Shown: in pieces, positions 13,279 through 25,818 of the stretch
Layout of the letters: the number at the start of each line of letters is the position of its first letter
How positions within the stretch are numbered: position 1 is the first letter of the stretch
DNA from: Eledone cirrhosa
Taxonomy: Eukaryota
DNA length: 64,000 nucleotides
NCBI GenBank assembly: GCA_964016885.1
Contig: OZ024742.1
Span: 205,530,001-205,594,000, forward strand
Direction: 5' to 3'
Position numbers and translations under genes: made by a program
Notes under the pieces: generated by a model
Seen by the model: only the letters and a program-made list of their open reading frames with translations
Told to the model about the DNA's origin: nothing
Database searches by the model: none

Positions 13279-16200
13279 CTTTCACGATTCTCTAGAGAAG
13301 CCGGAAGATAGGTAAATATTGCTGATGAGATGTAACAACATCGAAACTAGTCCAATATTCCTTGTCTGGCTTTCTGGAGAATAGAGGAAAGGTGTTTCCT
13401 CAAAAACCAGTATGACTCTAAGAACCGGTTTGTCTGTGTGTCTACATGCGGAATAGCTGGACACTCACAGTAAAGTGACCAGTGAAAACTCGGTACATCT
13501 ACATATGTACACGTGTGTGTATTCATATGCATACTAGTATTTCAGTATACATATGTGGATGTACATTTTTAACTTAATTGTTTAAGCGTCAGTCATACAA
13601 AAGTGAGTTACAAACGAAACGAAATTTAATTTCGTTTCGTTATTTGTTTTTATCGTCTCCGTTGAACCGGTACGTACTCACGCTCTATGCAAATTGGTCT
13701 GCCCACTACTAATTTTCATAGAAAAAGCATATAACGATATGTGCTTTCACGATTCTCTAGAGAAGCCGGAAGATAGGTAAATATTGCTGATGAGATGTAA
13801 CAACATCGAAACTAGTCCAATATTCCTTGTCTGGCTTTCTGGAGAATAGAGGAAAGGTGTTTCCTCAAAAACCAGTATGACTCTAAGAACCGGTTTGTCT
13901 GTGTGTCTACATGCGGAATAGCTGGACACTCACAGTAAAGTGACCAGTGAAAACTCGGTACATCTACATATGTACACGTGTGTGTATTCATATGCATACT
14001 AGTATTTCAGTATACATATGTGGATGTACATTTTTAACTTAATTGTTTAAGCGTCAGTCATACAAAAGTGAGTTACAAACGAAACGAAATTTAATTTCGT
14101 TTCGTTATTTGTTTTTATCGTCTCCGTTGAACCGGTACGTACTCACGCTCTATGCAAATTGGTCTGCCCACTACTAATTTTCATAGAAAAAGCATATAAC
14201 GATATGTGCTTTCACGATTCTCTAGAGAAGCCGGAAGATAGGTAAATATTGCTGATGAGATGTAACAACATCGAAACTAGTCCAATATTCCTTGTCTGGC
14301 TTTCTGGAGAATAGAGGAAAGGTGTTTCCTCAAAAACCAGTATGACTCTAAGAACCGGTTTGTCTGTGTGTCTACATGCGGAATAGCTGGACACTCACAG
14401 TAAAGTGACCAGTGAAAACTCGGTACATCTACATATGTACACGTGTGTGTATTCATATGCATACTAGTATTTCAGTATACATATGTGGATGTACATTTTT
14501 AACTTAATTGTTTAAGCGTCAGTCATACAAAAGTGAGTTACAAACGAAACGAAATTTAATTTCGTTTCGTTATTTGTTTTTATCGTCTCCGTTGAACCGG
14601 TACGTACTCACGCTCTATGCAAATTGGTCTGCCCACTACTAATTTTCATAGAAAAAGCATATAACGATATGTGCTTTCACGATTCTCTAGAGAAGCCGGA
14701 AGATAGGTAAATATTGCTGATGAGATGTAACAACATCGAAACTAGTCCAATATTCCTTGTCTGGCTTTCTGGAGAATAGAGGAAAGGTGTTTCCTCAAAA
14801 ACCAGTATGACTCTAAGAACCGGTTTGTCTGTGTGTCTACATGCGGAATAGCTGGACACTCACAGTAAAGTGACCAGTGAAAACTCGGTACATCTACATA
14901 TGTACACGTGTGTGTATTCATATGCATACTAGTATTTCAGTATACATATGTGGATGTACATTTTTAACTTAATTGTTTAAGCGTCAGTCATACAAAAGTG
15001 AGTTACAAACGAAACGAAATTTAATTTCGTTTCGTTATTTGTTTTTATCGTCTCCGTTGAACCGGTACGTACTCACGCTCTATGCAAATTGGTCTGCCCA
15101 CTACTAATTTTCATAGAAAAAGCATATAACGATATGTGCTTTCACGATTCTCTAGAGAAGCCGGAAGATAGGTAAATATTGCTGATGAGATGTAACAACA
15201 TCGAAACTAGTCCAATATTCCTTGTCTGGCTTTCTGGAGAATAGAGGAAAGGTGTTTCCTCAAAAACCAGTATGACTCTAAGAACCGGTTTGTCTGTGTG
15301 TCTACATGCGGAATAGCTGGACACTCACAGTAAAGTGACCAGTGAAAACTCGGTACACCTACATATGTACACGTGTGTGTATTCATATGCATACTAGTAT
15401 TTCAGTATACATATGTGGATGTACATTTTTAACTTAATTGTTTAAGCGTCAGTCATACAAAAGTGAGTTACAAACGAAACGAAATTTAATTTCGTTTCGT
15501 TATTTGTTTTTATCGTCTCCGTTGAACCGGTACGTACTCACGCTCTATGCAAATTGGTCTGCCCACTACTAATTTTCATAGAAAAAGCATATAACGATAT
15601 GTGCTTTCACGATTCTCTAGAGAAGCCGGAAGATAGGTAAATATTGCTGATGAGATGTAACAACATCGAAACTAGTCCAATATTCCTTGTCTGGCTTTCT
15701 GGAGAATAGAGGAAAGGTGTTTCCTCAAAAACCAGTATGACTCTAAGAACCGGTTTGTCTGTGTGTCTACATGCGGAATAGCTGGACACTCACAGTAAAG
15801 TGACCAGTGAAAACTCGGTACATCTACATATGTACACGTGTGTGTATTCATATGCATACTAGTATTTCAGTATACATATGTGGATGTACATTTTTAACTT
15901 AATTGTTTAAGCGTCAGTCATACAAAAGTGAGTTACAAACGAAACGAAATTTAATTTCGTTTCGTTATTTGTTTTTATCGTCTCCGTTGAACCGGTACGT
16001 ACTCACGCTCTATGCAAATTGGTCTGCCCACTACTAATTTTCATAGAAAAAGCATATAACGATATGTGCTTTCACGATTCTCTAGAGAAGCCGGAAGATA
16101 GGTAAATATTGCTGATGAGATGTAACAACATCGAAACTAGTCCAATATTCCTTGTCTGGCTTTCTGGAGAATAGAGGAAAGGTGTTTCCTCAAAAACCAG

Positions 16201-18303
16201 TATGACTCTAAGAACCGGTTTGTCTGTGTGTCTACATGCGGAATAGCTGGACACTCACAGTAAAGTGACCAGTGAAAACTCGGTACATCTACATATGTAC
16301 ACGTGTGTGTATTCATATGCATACTAGTATTTCAGTATACATATGTGGATGTACATTTTTAACTTAATTGTTTAAGCGTCAGTCATACAAAAGTGAGTTA
16401 CAAACGAAACGAAATTTAATTTCGTTTCGTTATTTGTTTTTATCGTCTCCGTTGAACCGGTACGTACTCACGCTCTATGCAAATTGGTCTGCCCACTACT
16501 AATTTTCATAGAAAAAGCATATAACGATATGTGCTTTCACGATTCTCTAGAGAAGCCGGAAGATAGGTAAATATTGCTGATGAGATGTAACAACATCGAA
16601 ACTAGTCCAATATTCCTTGTCTGGCTTTCTGGAGAATAGAGGAAAGGTGTTTCCTCAAAAACCAGTATGACTCTAAGAACCGGTTTGTCTGTGTGTCTAC
16701 ATGCGGAATAGCTGGACACTCACAGTAAAGTGACCAGTGAAAACTCGGTACATCTACATATGTACACGTGTGTGTATTCATATGCATACTAGTATTTCAG
16801 TATACATATGTGGATGTACATTTTTAACTTAATTGTTTAAGCGTCAGTCATACAAAAGTGAGTTACAAACGAAACGAAATTTAATTTCGTTTCGTTATTT
16901 GTTTTTATCGTCTCCGTTGAACCGGTACGTACTCACGCTCTATGCAAATTGGTCTGCCCACTACTAATTTTCATAGAAAAAGCATATAACGATATGTGCT
17001 TTCACGATTCTCTAGAGAAGCCGGAAGATAGGTAAATATTGCTGATGAGATGTAACAACATCGAAACTAGTCCAATATTCCTTGTCTGGCTTTCTGGAGA
17101 ATAGAGGAAAGGTGTTTCCTCAAAAACCAGTATGACTCTAAGAACCGGTTTGTCTGTGTGTCTACATGCGGAATAGCTGGACACTCACAGTAAAGTGACC
17201 AGTGAAAACTCGGTACATCTACATATGTACACGTGTGTGTATTCATATGCATACTAGTATTTCAGTATACATATGTGGATGTACATTTTTAACTTAATTG
17301 TTTAAGCGTCAGTCATACAAAAGTGAGTTACAAACGAAACGAAATTTAATTTCGTTTCGTTATTTGTTTTTATCGTCTCCGTTGAACCGGTACGTACTCA
17401 CGCTCTATGCAAATTGGTCTGCCCACTACTAATTTTCATAGAAAAAGCATATAACGATATGTGCTTTCACGATTCTCTAGAGAAGCCGGAAGATAGGTAA
17501 ATATTGCTGATGAGATGTAACAACATCGAAACTAGTCCAATATTCCTTGTCTGGCTTTCTGGAGAATAGAGGAAAGGTGTTTCCTCAAAAACCAGTATGA
17601 CTCTAAGAACCGGTTTGTCTGTGTGTCTACATGCGGAATAGCTGGACACTCACAGTAAAGTGACCAGTGAAAACTCGGTACATCTACATATGTACACGTG
17701 TGTGTATTCATATGCATACTAGTATTTCAGTATACATATGTGGATGTACATTTTTAACTTAATTGTTTAAGCGTCAGTCATACAAAAGTGAGTTACAAAC
17801 GAAACGAAATTTAATTTCGTTTCGTTATTTGTTTTTATCGTCTCCGTTGAACCGGTACGTACTCACGCTCTATGCAAATTGGTCTGCCCACTACTAATTT
17901 TCATAGAAAAAGCATATAACGATATGTGCTTTCACGATTCTCTAGAGAAGCCGGAAGATAGGTAAATATTGCTGATGAGATGTAACAACATCGAAACTAG
18001 TCCAATATTCCTTGTCTGGCTTTCTGGAGAATAGAGGAAAGGTGTTTCCTCAAAAACCAGTATGACTCTAAGAACCGGTTTGTCTGTGTGTCTACATGCG
18101 GAATAGCTGGACACTCACAGTAAAGTGACCAGTGAAAACTCGGTACATCTACATATGTACACGTGTGTGTATTCATATGCATACTAGTATTTCAGTATAC
18201 ATATGTGGATGTACATTTTTAACTTAATTGTTTAAGCGTCAGTCATACAAAAGTGAGTTACAAACGAAACGAAATTTAATTTCGTTTCGTTATTTGTTTT
18301 TAT
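13279..18303 (+). repeat. Right arm of 465-bp hammerhead-containing tandem array (~10.8 units; ribozymes on plus strand)
   Basis: Reverse complement of left arm; HHR at 13315-13359 +465k up to 17965 (11 copies); only one variant base noticed (15358). Confidence 0.97.
13315..13359 (+). ncRNA. Minimal type I hammerhead ribozyme (representative of 20 complete copies)
   Basis: Helix I aatattg/caatatt; core CTGATGA (13322-28); helix II gatgt-aaca-acatc; GAAA (13343-46); palindromic helix III ACTAGT; GUC site, predicted cut after 13352. Confidence 0.92.
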
Positions 18304-18870
<567 letters not shown>

Positions 18871-19019
18871 TCTATGAAAAGGATATAAAATTAATTAAAT
18901 TGATGGGTATATTTATATTGATAAAATTATACTAATACATATAGATATGATAAATAAGAGTTAGATGCAGTTGAAAAGTGCTGTTAAGGATGAGGGGAGA
19001 TTAAAAGAATATAAGAATG

Positions 19020-19175
19020 ATATATATATATATACACATATATATACCTACATATATATACATACATACACACACACACATACATACATACATATATATA
19101 CACAAACACACACAAATATATACCCATATATATATATATATACACACATACACATGTACATATACATACACACAG

Positions 19176-19220
<45 letters not shown>

Positions 19221-19292
19221 TGTGTATGTATGTATGTGTGTATGTATGTGAATGTAAAAATATATATATATGTATATATATGTGTATATGTC

Positions 19293-19370
<78 letters not shown>

Positions 19371-19480
19371 GACATATACACATATATATACATATATATA
19401 TATTTTTACATTCACATACATACACACATACATACATACACACTTATATACACACACATCCACACATGTACATATATTTT
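19020..19480. repeat. Mixed (TA)/(CA)/(TACA) low-complexity tract containing an inverted repeat
   Basis: ~19214-19300 mirrors ~19362-19450 (gtgaatgtaaaaa / tttttacattcac). Confidence 0.85.
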
Positions 19481-19569
19481 TAGGGGGGGGGGGAATAAAT
19501 TTATTAGTGGGAAATATTAAATATATATGTTTCAAGGAACATAGAGTCATAACCTGAAGTTAAAGCATT

Positions 19570-20082
19570 ATATACGTTTACTTAATGGTATCAGTTTTAG
19601 GAAATGATATTTGTAAGAAGGAAAGCCAAATTATGTAGTTCATCATTAGTAGAATATTAATTATAGGTTAACTAAAATAAAAATAGTTTATATATTAATT
19701 TCTAAGGTGTATATTAATTAGGTTTATAATATTTAAACCAGAATTATGTAGTTCATCAGTAGTAGAATATTAATTATAGGTTAACTAAATTAAAAATAAT
19801 TACATATGTTTACTTAATGGTATCAGTTTTAGGAAATGATGTTTGTAAGAAGGAAAGCCAAATTATGTACTTCATCAGTAGTAGAATATTAATTATAGGT
19901 TAACTAAATTAAAAATAGTTTATATATTAATTTCTAAAGTGTATATTAATTAGGTTTTTAATATTTAAAGCAGAATTTTGTAATTCATCTGTAGTAGAAT
20001 ATTAATTATAGGTTAACTAAATTAAAATTAATTCATATATTAATTTCTAAAGTGTATATTAATTAGGTTTATAATATTTAAA
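19570..20082. repeat. Imperfect ~110/230-bp tandem repeats at the 3' end of a Naiad-type fragment
   Basis: gtagaatattaattataggttaactaaa recurs four times at ~110-120-bp spacing. Confidence 0.85.
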
Positions 20083-20630
20083 TGTTTTTCTCAGATTATG
20101 ATTACACGATATTATTAATTCCTGTCGCTTATTTAATAGGATATCTTTAGATTTCATTATTTCAAAAAGTTCTTGGGAACACAATCTACATTCATTTCTA
20201 CTATTTTGATAAGGGGTGGCCCTTTTGAGCACACTCCAGGTCAGGTCATATTCTATATTCCTCTTTCTATAACTATTAATTTTTTCAGCTAGAGATGTTG
20301 TATTAGCTAATGCGGCATTTTTAAAACTATGTTTGTGGGTATTAAATCTTACCTTAAAATTGTTAGAGGTAGCTCCTATATATGAATAAATAGAGTCCTT
20401 AGTGTTAACTTTACATTTATATATTATGTTATTAACAAGGCAATTTCCTTTTAATGGACAGTTTGGCTTGTTTCTACAGTTACAACTTTTCGTGAATCCT
20501 GTATCTGAGGAGATATTATGGTTAGTTTGATGTACTGGTGGTATACTTATGGTTTTTTTTTACATTTATATGCATTATAGGCACTTATATTTTGTTTTAT
20601 GTTTCTGGTTGTTGAGTAGGAGAAATTAAC
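20059..20630 (-). mobile_element. Penelope-like (Naiad/Chlamys-type) GIY-YIG endonuclease fragment
   Basis: Manual translation 20490->20059: KSCNCRNKPNCPLKGNCLVNNIIYKCKV..YIGATSNNFKVRFNTHKHSF..CRLCSQE..LLNKRQELIISCNH; upstream VNFSYSTTRNIK. Confidence 0.88.
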
Positions 20631-20827
20631 TTTTTTTAATATAAGGAACTGTTTCTTTGTTTATTCAGTATTTTTTTTAATAATTTATCTTGACACTGTT
20701 TTCCGTTTATTTTTCACCGAAAATAGTTTTTGAATGCATCTTCTCTTTTCATGATATCCGGATTACATTGAGTTCTTCATACGGATTGGACACTACCGTA
20801 AACTTTTGGTAGATTTTTCTACATATT

Positions 20828-20864
<37 letters not shown>

Positions 20865-20874
20865 AAATATATAT

Positions 20875-21935
20875 AATTCTGTCATATTTTCATAACAAAA
20901 CAAATCACTATTATATATTCCTTTAAATATATTTTGTTAAACTTGCTAAGTTTTACGCAAAACTTTGAGTACCTATTTAAACTCTTAACCTCTGCTCCAT
21001 CCCATCTTCTACCCCCTACCCATACATCATGCTGGTTCCTGCCCCCCCCCCTCCCTCTCTATACATATAAGATAAACCCTACCAAAATTAATCAAAATCG
21101 CCAACTCGCTATTTCTGGGATGGCTGTTCCTTCGGTATAAAGTAACGTTCAAATATTTTTCTCGATTCTTCTCTCCATTCGAATCCATTCATTCAATCAC
21201 TATTCTATGTCCTAATTTCACACTATATCATATTTTCACCATTCTATATCATATTTTTTCTCTAAACATCATATTTTCCCTATCACCGCATTTTCTCTAT
21301 CGTATTTTCTTAAACAAAACAAATCTTGTATTTTCGTTTATTGTTAAATTATGCCCAAAATACGGCGATCTTATCTTAAACCTTACATTCTCGCTTAATT
21401 CTGTCATATTTTCATATTCTGTTGTATTTTCATAACAAAACAAATCACTATTATATATTCCTTTAAATATATTTTGTTAAACTTGCTAAGTTTTACGCAA
21501 AACTTCGAGTACCTATTTAAACTCTTAACCTCTGCTCCATCCCATCTTCTACCCCCTACCCATACATCATGCTGGTTCCTGCCCCCCCCCCCTCCCTCTC
21601 TATACATATAAGATAAACCCTACCAAAATTAATCAAAATCGCCAACTCGCTATTTTGGGATGGCTGTTCCTTCGGTATAAAGTAACGTTCAAATATTTTT
21701 CTCGATTCTTCTCTCCATTCGAATCCATTCATTCAATCACTATTCTATGTCCTAATTTCACACTATATCATATTTTCACCATTCTATATCATATTTTTTC
21801 TCTAAAAATCATATTTTCCCTATCACGGCATTTTCTCTATCGTATTTTCTTAAACAAAACAAATCTTGTATTTTCGTTTATTGTTAAATTATGCCCAAAA
21901 TACGGCGATCATATCTTAAACCTTACATTCTCGCT
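20875..21935. repeat. Two near-identical tandem copies of a ~530-540-bp unit
   Basis: 20875-21396 is repeated at 21397-21935. Confidence 0.93.
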
Positions 21936-22189
21936 AACAACCCATCATCCCTCCCACCCGCCCCCATGCACCACCATTATTACGTGGACCAATCATAAGT
22001 CAGAGGCCCATACTATCGCTTAACTAGTTGCTTTTCGATATGATGGATGGACTACGGAATTCTGGAGAGTTGAAGAGAGAAAAATGTGGACGCTCAGCGA
22101 CAAATTCACCTCGTGGACGAGAATGCAAGCACTCCTCCTTGTTTCGGCCCAGGATGGCTAACATAACCCCCCCCCCCCCGCTCCCACCC

Positions 22190-25100
22190 TCTAAACGCAA
22201 TCCAAAACTTCAGAGTTGGTACCATGAATGTAGGCACCTTAAAGGGTCGCTCTAACGAGGTTGTAGAAATGCTTGAACGTAAGGAGGTCGATGTTTGTTG
22301 TATTCAAGAGACCAGGTGGAGGGGAGGGTCGGCTAGATTCATCGTGGGTAAAGAACGATGCTATAAGCTTTTCTGGGTGGGAAATGACAATGGGTTGGGT
22401 GGGGTAGGAATCATGGTAGCAGAAAAGTGGGCAGATAAGATAATAGACGTAAATAGAGTGAACGACAGAATAATTAAAATAAGACTTGTCCTCAATAAAA
22501 CTATGGTGACAGTAATATCTGCGTACGCACCCCAATCCGGACTGCCCGGCGCTATAAAAGACAGATTCTACGAGACACTGATGCTCGCTACCTCCCAAAT
22601 AACCGACAGTGACTATATAGTTATTGCAGGCGACCTAAATGGTCACGGACAACATTGTCACGGCTATGACGGAATCCATGGAGGCTATGGGTTCGGTACT
22701 AGAAATGAGGAAGGCTCCAGAATCCTGGAATTCTGCGACGCAAATAACTTAACTATCTGTAACACTAACTTCAAAAAATTAGACAATCACTTGATCACCT
22801 ACAAGCCAGGTAGATTATATCCTTACCAGAAGACGTGACAGAGTGTCTGTTGTTAACACTAAATCCCTCCCCCATGAAGAATTCACCTCCCAACATAGAC
22901 TGATAATTAGCGACCTCATAGTCAGGACGAGACGTACTAGACAGCGGAAGAGGACTATCCTCAGGAGAAAAATATGGAAGCTAAAGGACCCCATAGCCAG
23001 AAATGAATTTCAAAGCATATTACTTGACGCTTTCGACAGTAAGGAAGAGCAATTAGAGTCGTATAATATAGAGGAACAGTGGGAATTCCTGAGAGCAAAC
23101 CTGCTGACGGCGGCAGACGAAGTCTGTGGCTGGAGCAGGCCTGTAGGTGGGAGGAGAGTAACATGGTGGTGGAACAGTAAGGTGGAGGAGTCAATTAAGG
23201 GCAAAAAGCAGGCTTGGAAAGTATGGCGGGATGGGGGAAGTAGAGAAGACTATCAAGTGGCCAGGAGGGAAGCTAGGAGACAAGTGTACTTCGCAAGAAG
23301 GGAAGCAGAGGAAAGAAAGTTCAAGCATGTTCTACAACGTGAGGACCAAAAACGTGAGGTGTTCAGGATTGCCAGGCAATGTGTCAAGGAAAACCGTGAT
23401 ATTGTCGGGGAGAAGTGTGTACTTAACGATGATGGCATACTTGCCATCACCGACGCTGATAAGAAGGTAGCTTGGAAGTGTCACTACGAAAGGCTTCTAA
23501 ATGAGGAGAACAAATGGGAGAAAGACAGTCTCCCCCACATCAACCCAATAGAGGGACCAGCAGTGTTAGTCCAGGGTAGTACAATAAGCAAGGCAATCAA
23601 AGATATGAAGACGGGTAAGGCGGCTGGTCCTTCGGAAATAGTTGCTGAGATGCTGAAGGCATCTGGTTCGGTGGGACACACCATGGTCACCAGGATAGTT
23701 AACCAAGTCGTACAGAATGGGGTTGTTCCGAAGGACTGGCGTAGCAGCATCATCGTTAACTGCTATAAGGGAAAAGGAGATGCCCTAGATAGGAGTAACT
23801 ATAGAGGCATTAAATTAATCGACCAGGTCATGAAGGTCACGGAAAAAGTAATAGCGCAACTAATCAGAGAGAGAATTGATCTAGATGAAAAGCAGTTCGG
23901 GTTTGTGTCAGGCAAAAGTACCACAGACGCTCTTTTCATTGTACGACAACTACAGGAGAAGTACCTAGCTAAAAGTAAACCCCTATACTTAGCTTTCGTC
24001 AACTTGGAGAAAGCCTTCGACAGAGTCCCCCGTTCCATTATCTGGTGGACTCTTAGAAAACTAGGTGTTGACGAATGGCTTCTGAGAGCTATACAAGCCA
24101 TGTATAAAGAAACAGTCAGTAAGGTTAGAATTAACAACGAATATAGTGAAGAGTTTAGCGTAAAAGTTGGTGTCCATCAGGGCTCTGTTCTTAGCCCCCT
24201 ACTATTTATTATTGCCCTTCAGGCTATAACAGAGGAGTTCAAGACCGGCTGCCCATGGGAACTCCTATACGCAGATGATCTAAGGCTCATAGCTGAATCA
24301 ATGACCGAACTAGAGAAGAAATTCCAAACATGGAAGCACGGCCTAGAATCAAAAGGCCTTAAAATTAACCTGGCTAAGACTAAAGTTCTAGTTTGTAGGA
24401 AAGAAAATAAGGCGGCGGTCCCATCTGGGAAATGGCCATGCTCAGTGTGTAGGAAAGGCGTAGGTAGAAACTCCATTTTATGTCCCAAATGCAAAGTATG
24501 GGTGCATAAAAGATGTAGTGGGATCACAGGTAAGCTAACTAAGAACATAGATTTTACATGTGGCCGGTGCTCTGGTGCAATAAGTAGCAGCAAGTGCACA
24601 CAAAATACTAGCTCCTTCAACTGCGCAGAGGGTTCTATAGAAACAGTGGACAGCTTCCGTTACCTGGGTGACAAAATCAGCAGTGGGGGAGGGTGCTCTG
24701 AAAGTACAGTAGCTAGAGTCAGAACTGGATGGAAAAAGTTCAGAGAGCTTATACCACTATTAGCCGCTAGAGGGTTCTCCCTAAAAATGAAAGGCAGGTT
24801 ATACGATGACTGCATACGAACAGCAATGCTGCATGGCAGTGAGACCTGGGCATTGTGTGCAGAGGATATACGCAGACTAGAGAGGAACGAAGCTTGCATG
24901 CTCCGCTGGATGTGCAATAGTAATATACGTGAACGGCAAAGCATAAACGAACTAAGGAAAAAATTAGAAATAAGAGGGATCAGATGTTGTTTACTCGAGA
25001 GAAGGCTACGTTGGTACGGTCACGTGATGCGCATGAAAGACGACAGCTGTATAACAAAGTGCAGGGCAATAAAGATAGACGGTAGCCACGGAGTAGGCAG

Positions 25101-25800
25101 ACCCAGAAAAACATGGGACGAGCTGATAAATTCCGACCTCACACGCTTACACCTCTCCAAGACAATGTCACTGGACCGAGACCTTTGGCGGTACTCAGTA
25201 ATAGAGAAGACCCGCCTTACCTAAATACAAAGTAAAAACCTACTACAGTCAGTAGGCATCTCTATCAAAACACACCCCCGTCCCACCACCTCCACCCCAT
25301 CCACACCGCCCCTTTCAATGTAAAGTTATGTTGGTCCCACAACATCCAGGCCAAAACAATTGAGATCGTGTAGGTGTCACGATAAAAAAACACACAGTCC
25401 AAAAGTTATGTTGGTCCCACAACATCCAGGCCGAAACAAATGAGATCGTGTAGGTGTCACGACAAAAAAACACACAGTCCACGCTGTAAATGTGGCCGTG
25501 TAGGCAACACGGAAAAAACCTCCCAGCCCCACACTGTAAATGTGGTTGGTGTTAGGAAGGGCATCCAGCTGTAGAAAACCCGCCAGACAGTCCACGCTGT
25601 AATGTGGCCGTGTAGGCAACACGGTAAAAACCTCCCAGCCCCACACTGTAAATGTGGTTGGTGTTAGGAAGGGGATCCAACTGTAGAAAACCCGCCAGAC
25701 AGTCCTATGCGAGCAAGACAACCACTCTTGCCTCAAGTGGGAAAACCCCGTCCAAACCCATGCAAGCGTGGAACACGGACGCTAAACATGATGATGATGA
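22190..25800 (+). mobile_element. Near full-length RTE-clade LINE (family A): APE + RT + embedded PHD-like finger, long 3' UTR, (GAT)n tail
   Basis: ORFs 22224-22838 and 22843-25224; tail gatgatgatgat at ~25790-25800. Confidence 0.95.
22224..25224 (+). pseudogene. RTE APE-RT polyprotein broken by one frameshifting 17-bp deletion near 22805
   Basis: APE motifs MNVGTL, CIQETR, ISAYAPQ, AGDLN; RT motifs NYRGIKL, QFGF, KAFD, GVHQGSVLSP, YADD, FRYLG; deletion evident versus 32281-32312. Confidence 0.92.
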
Positions 25801-25818
25801 TATATATATATATAAATA

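Noticed and set aside
8900-18182. Repeated 60/61-aa ORFs in the 465-bp unit
   Set aside because: Short, no recognisable motif, antisense to the ribozyme strand; repetition only reflects the array
8848-18303. CRISPR array or tandem 5S/tRNA/snRNA gene cluster
   Set aside because: No variable spacers or cas genes; no 5S/tRNA/snRNA sequence or Pol III boxes recognised
19570-20000. CTGATGA on the minus strand of the ~110-bp repeats (hammerhead or SECIS?)
   Set aside because: No helix II/GAAA follows; no in-frame TGA at Cys positions of the adjacent GIY-YIG
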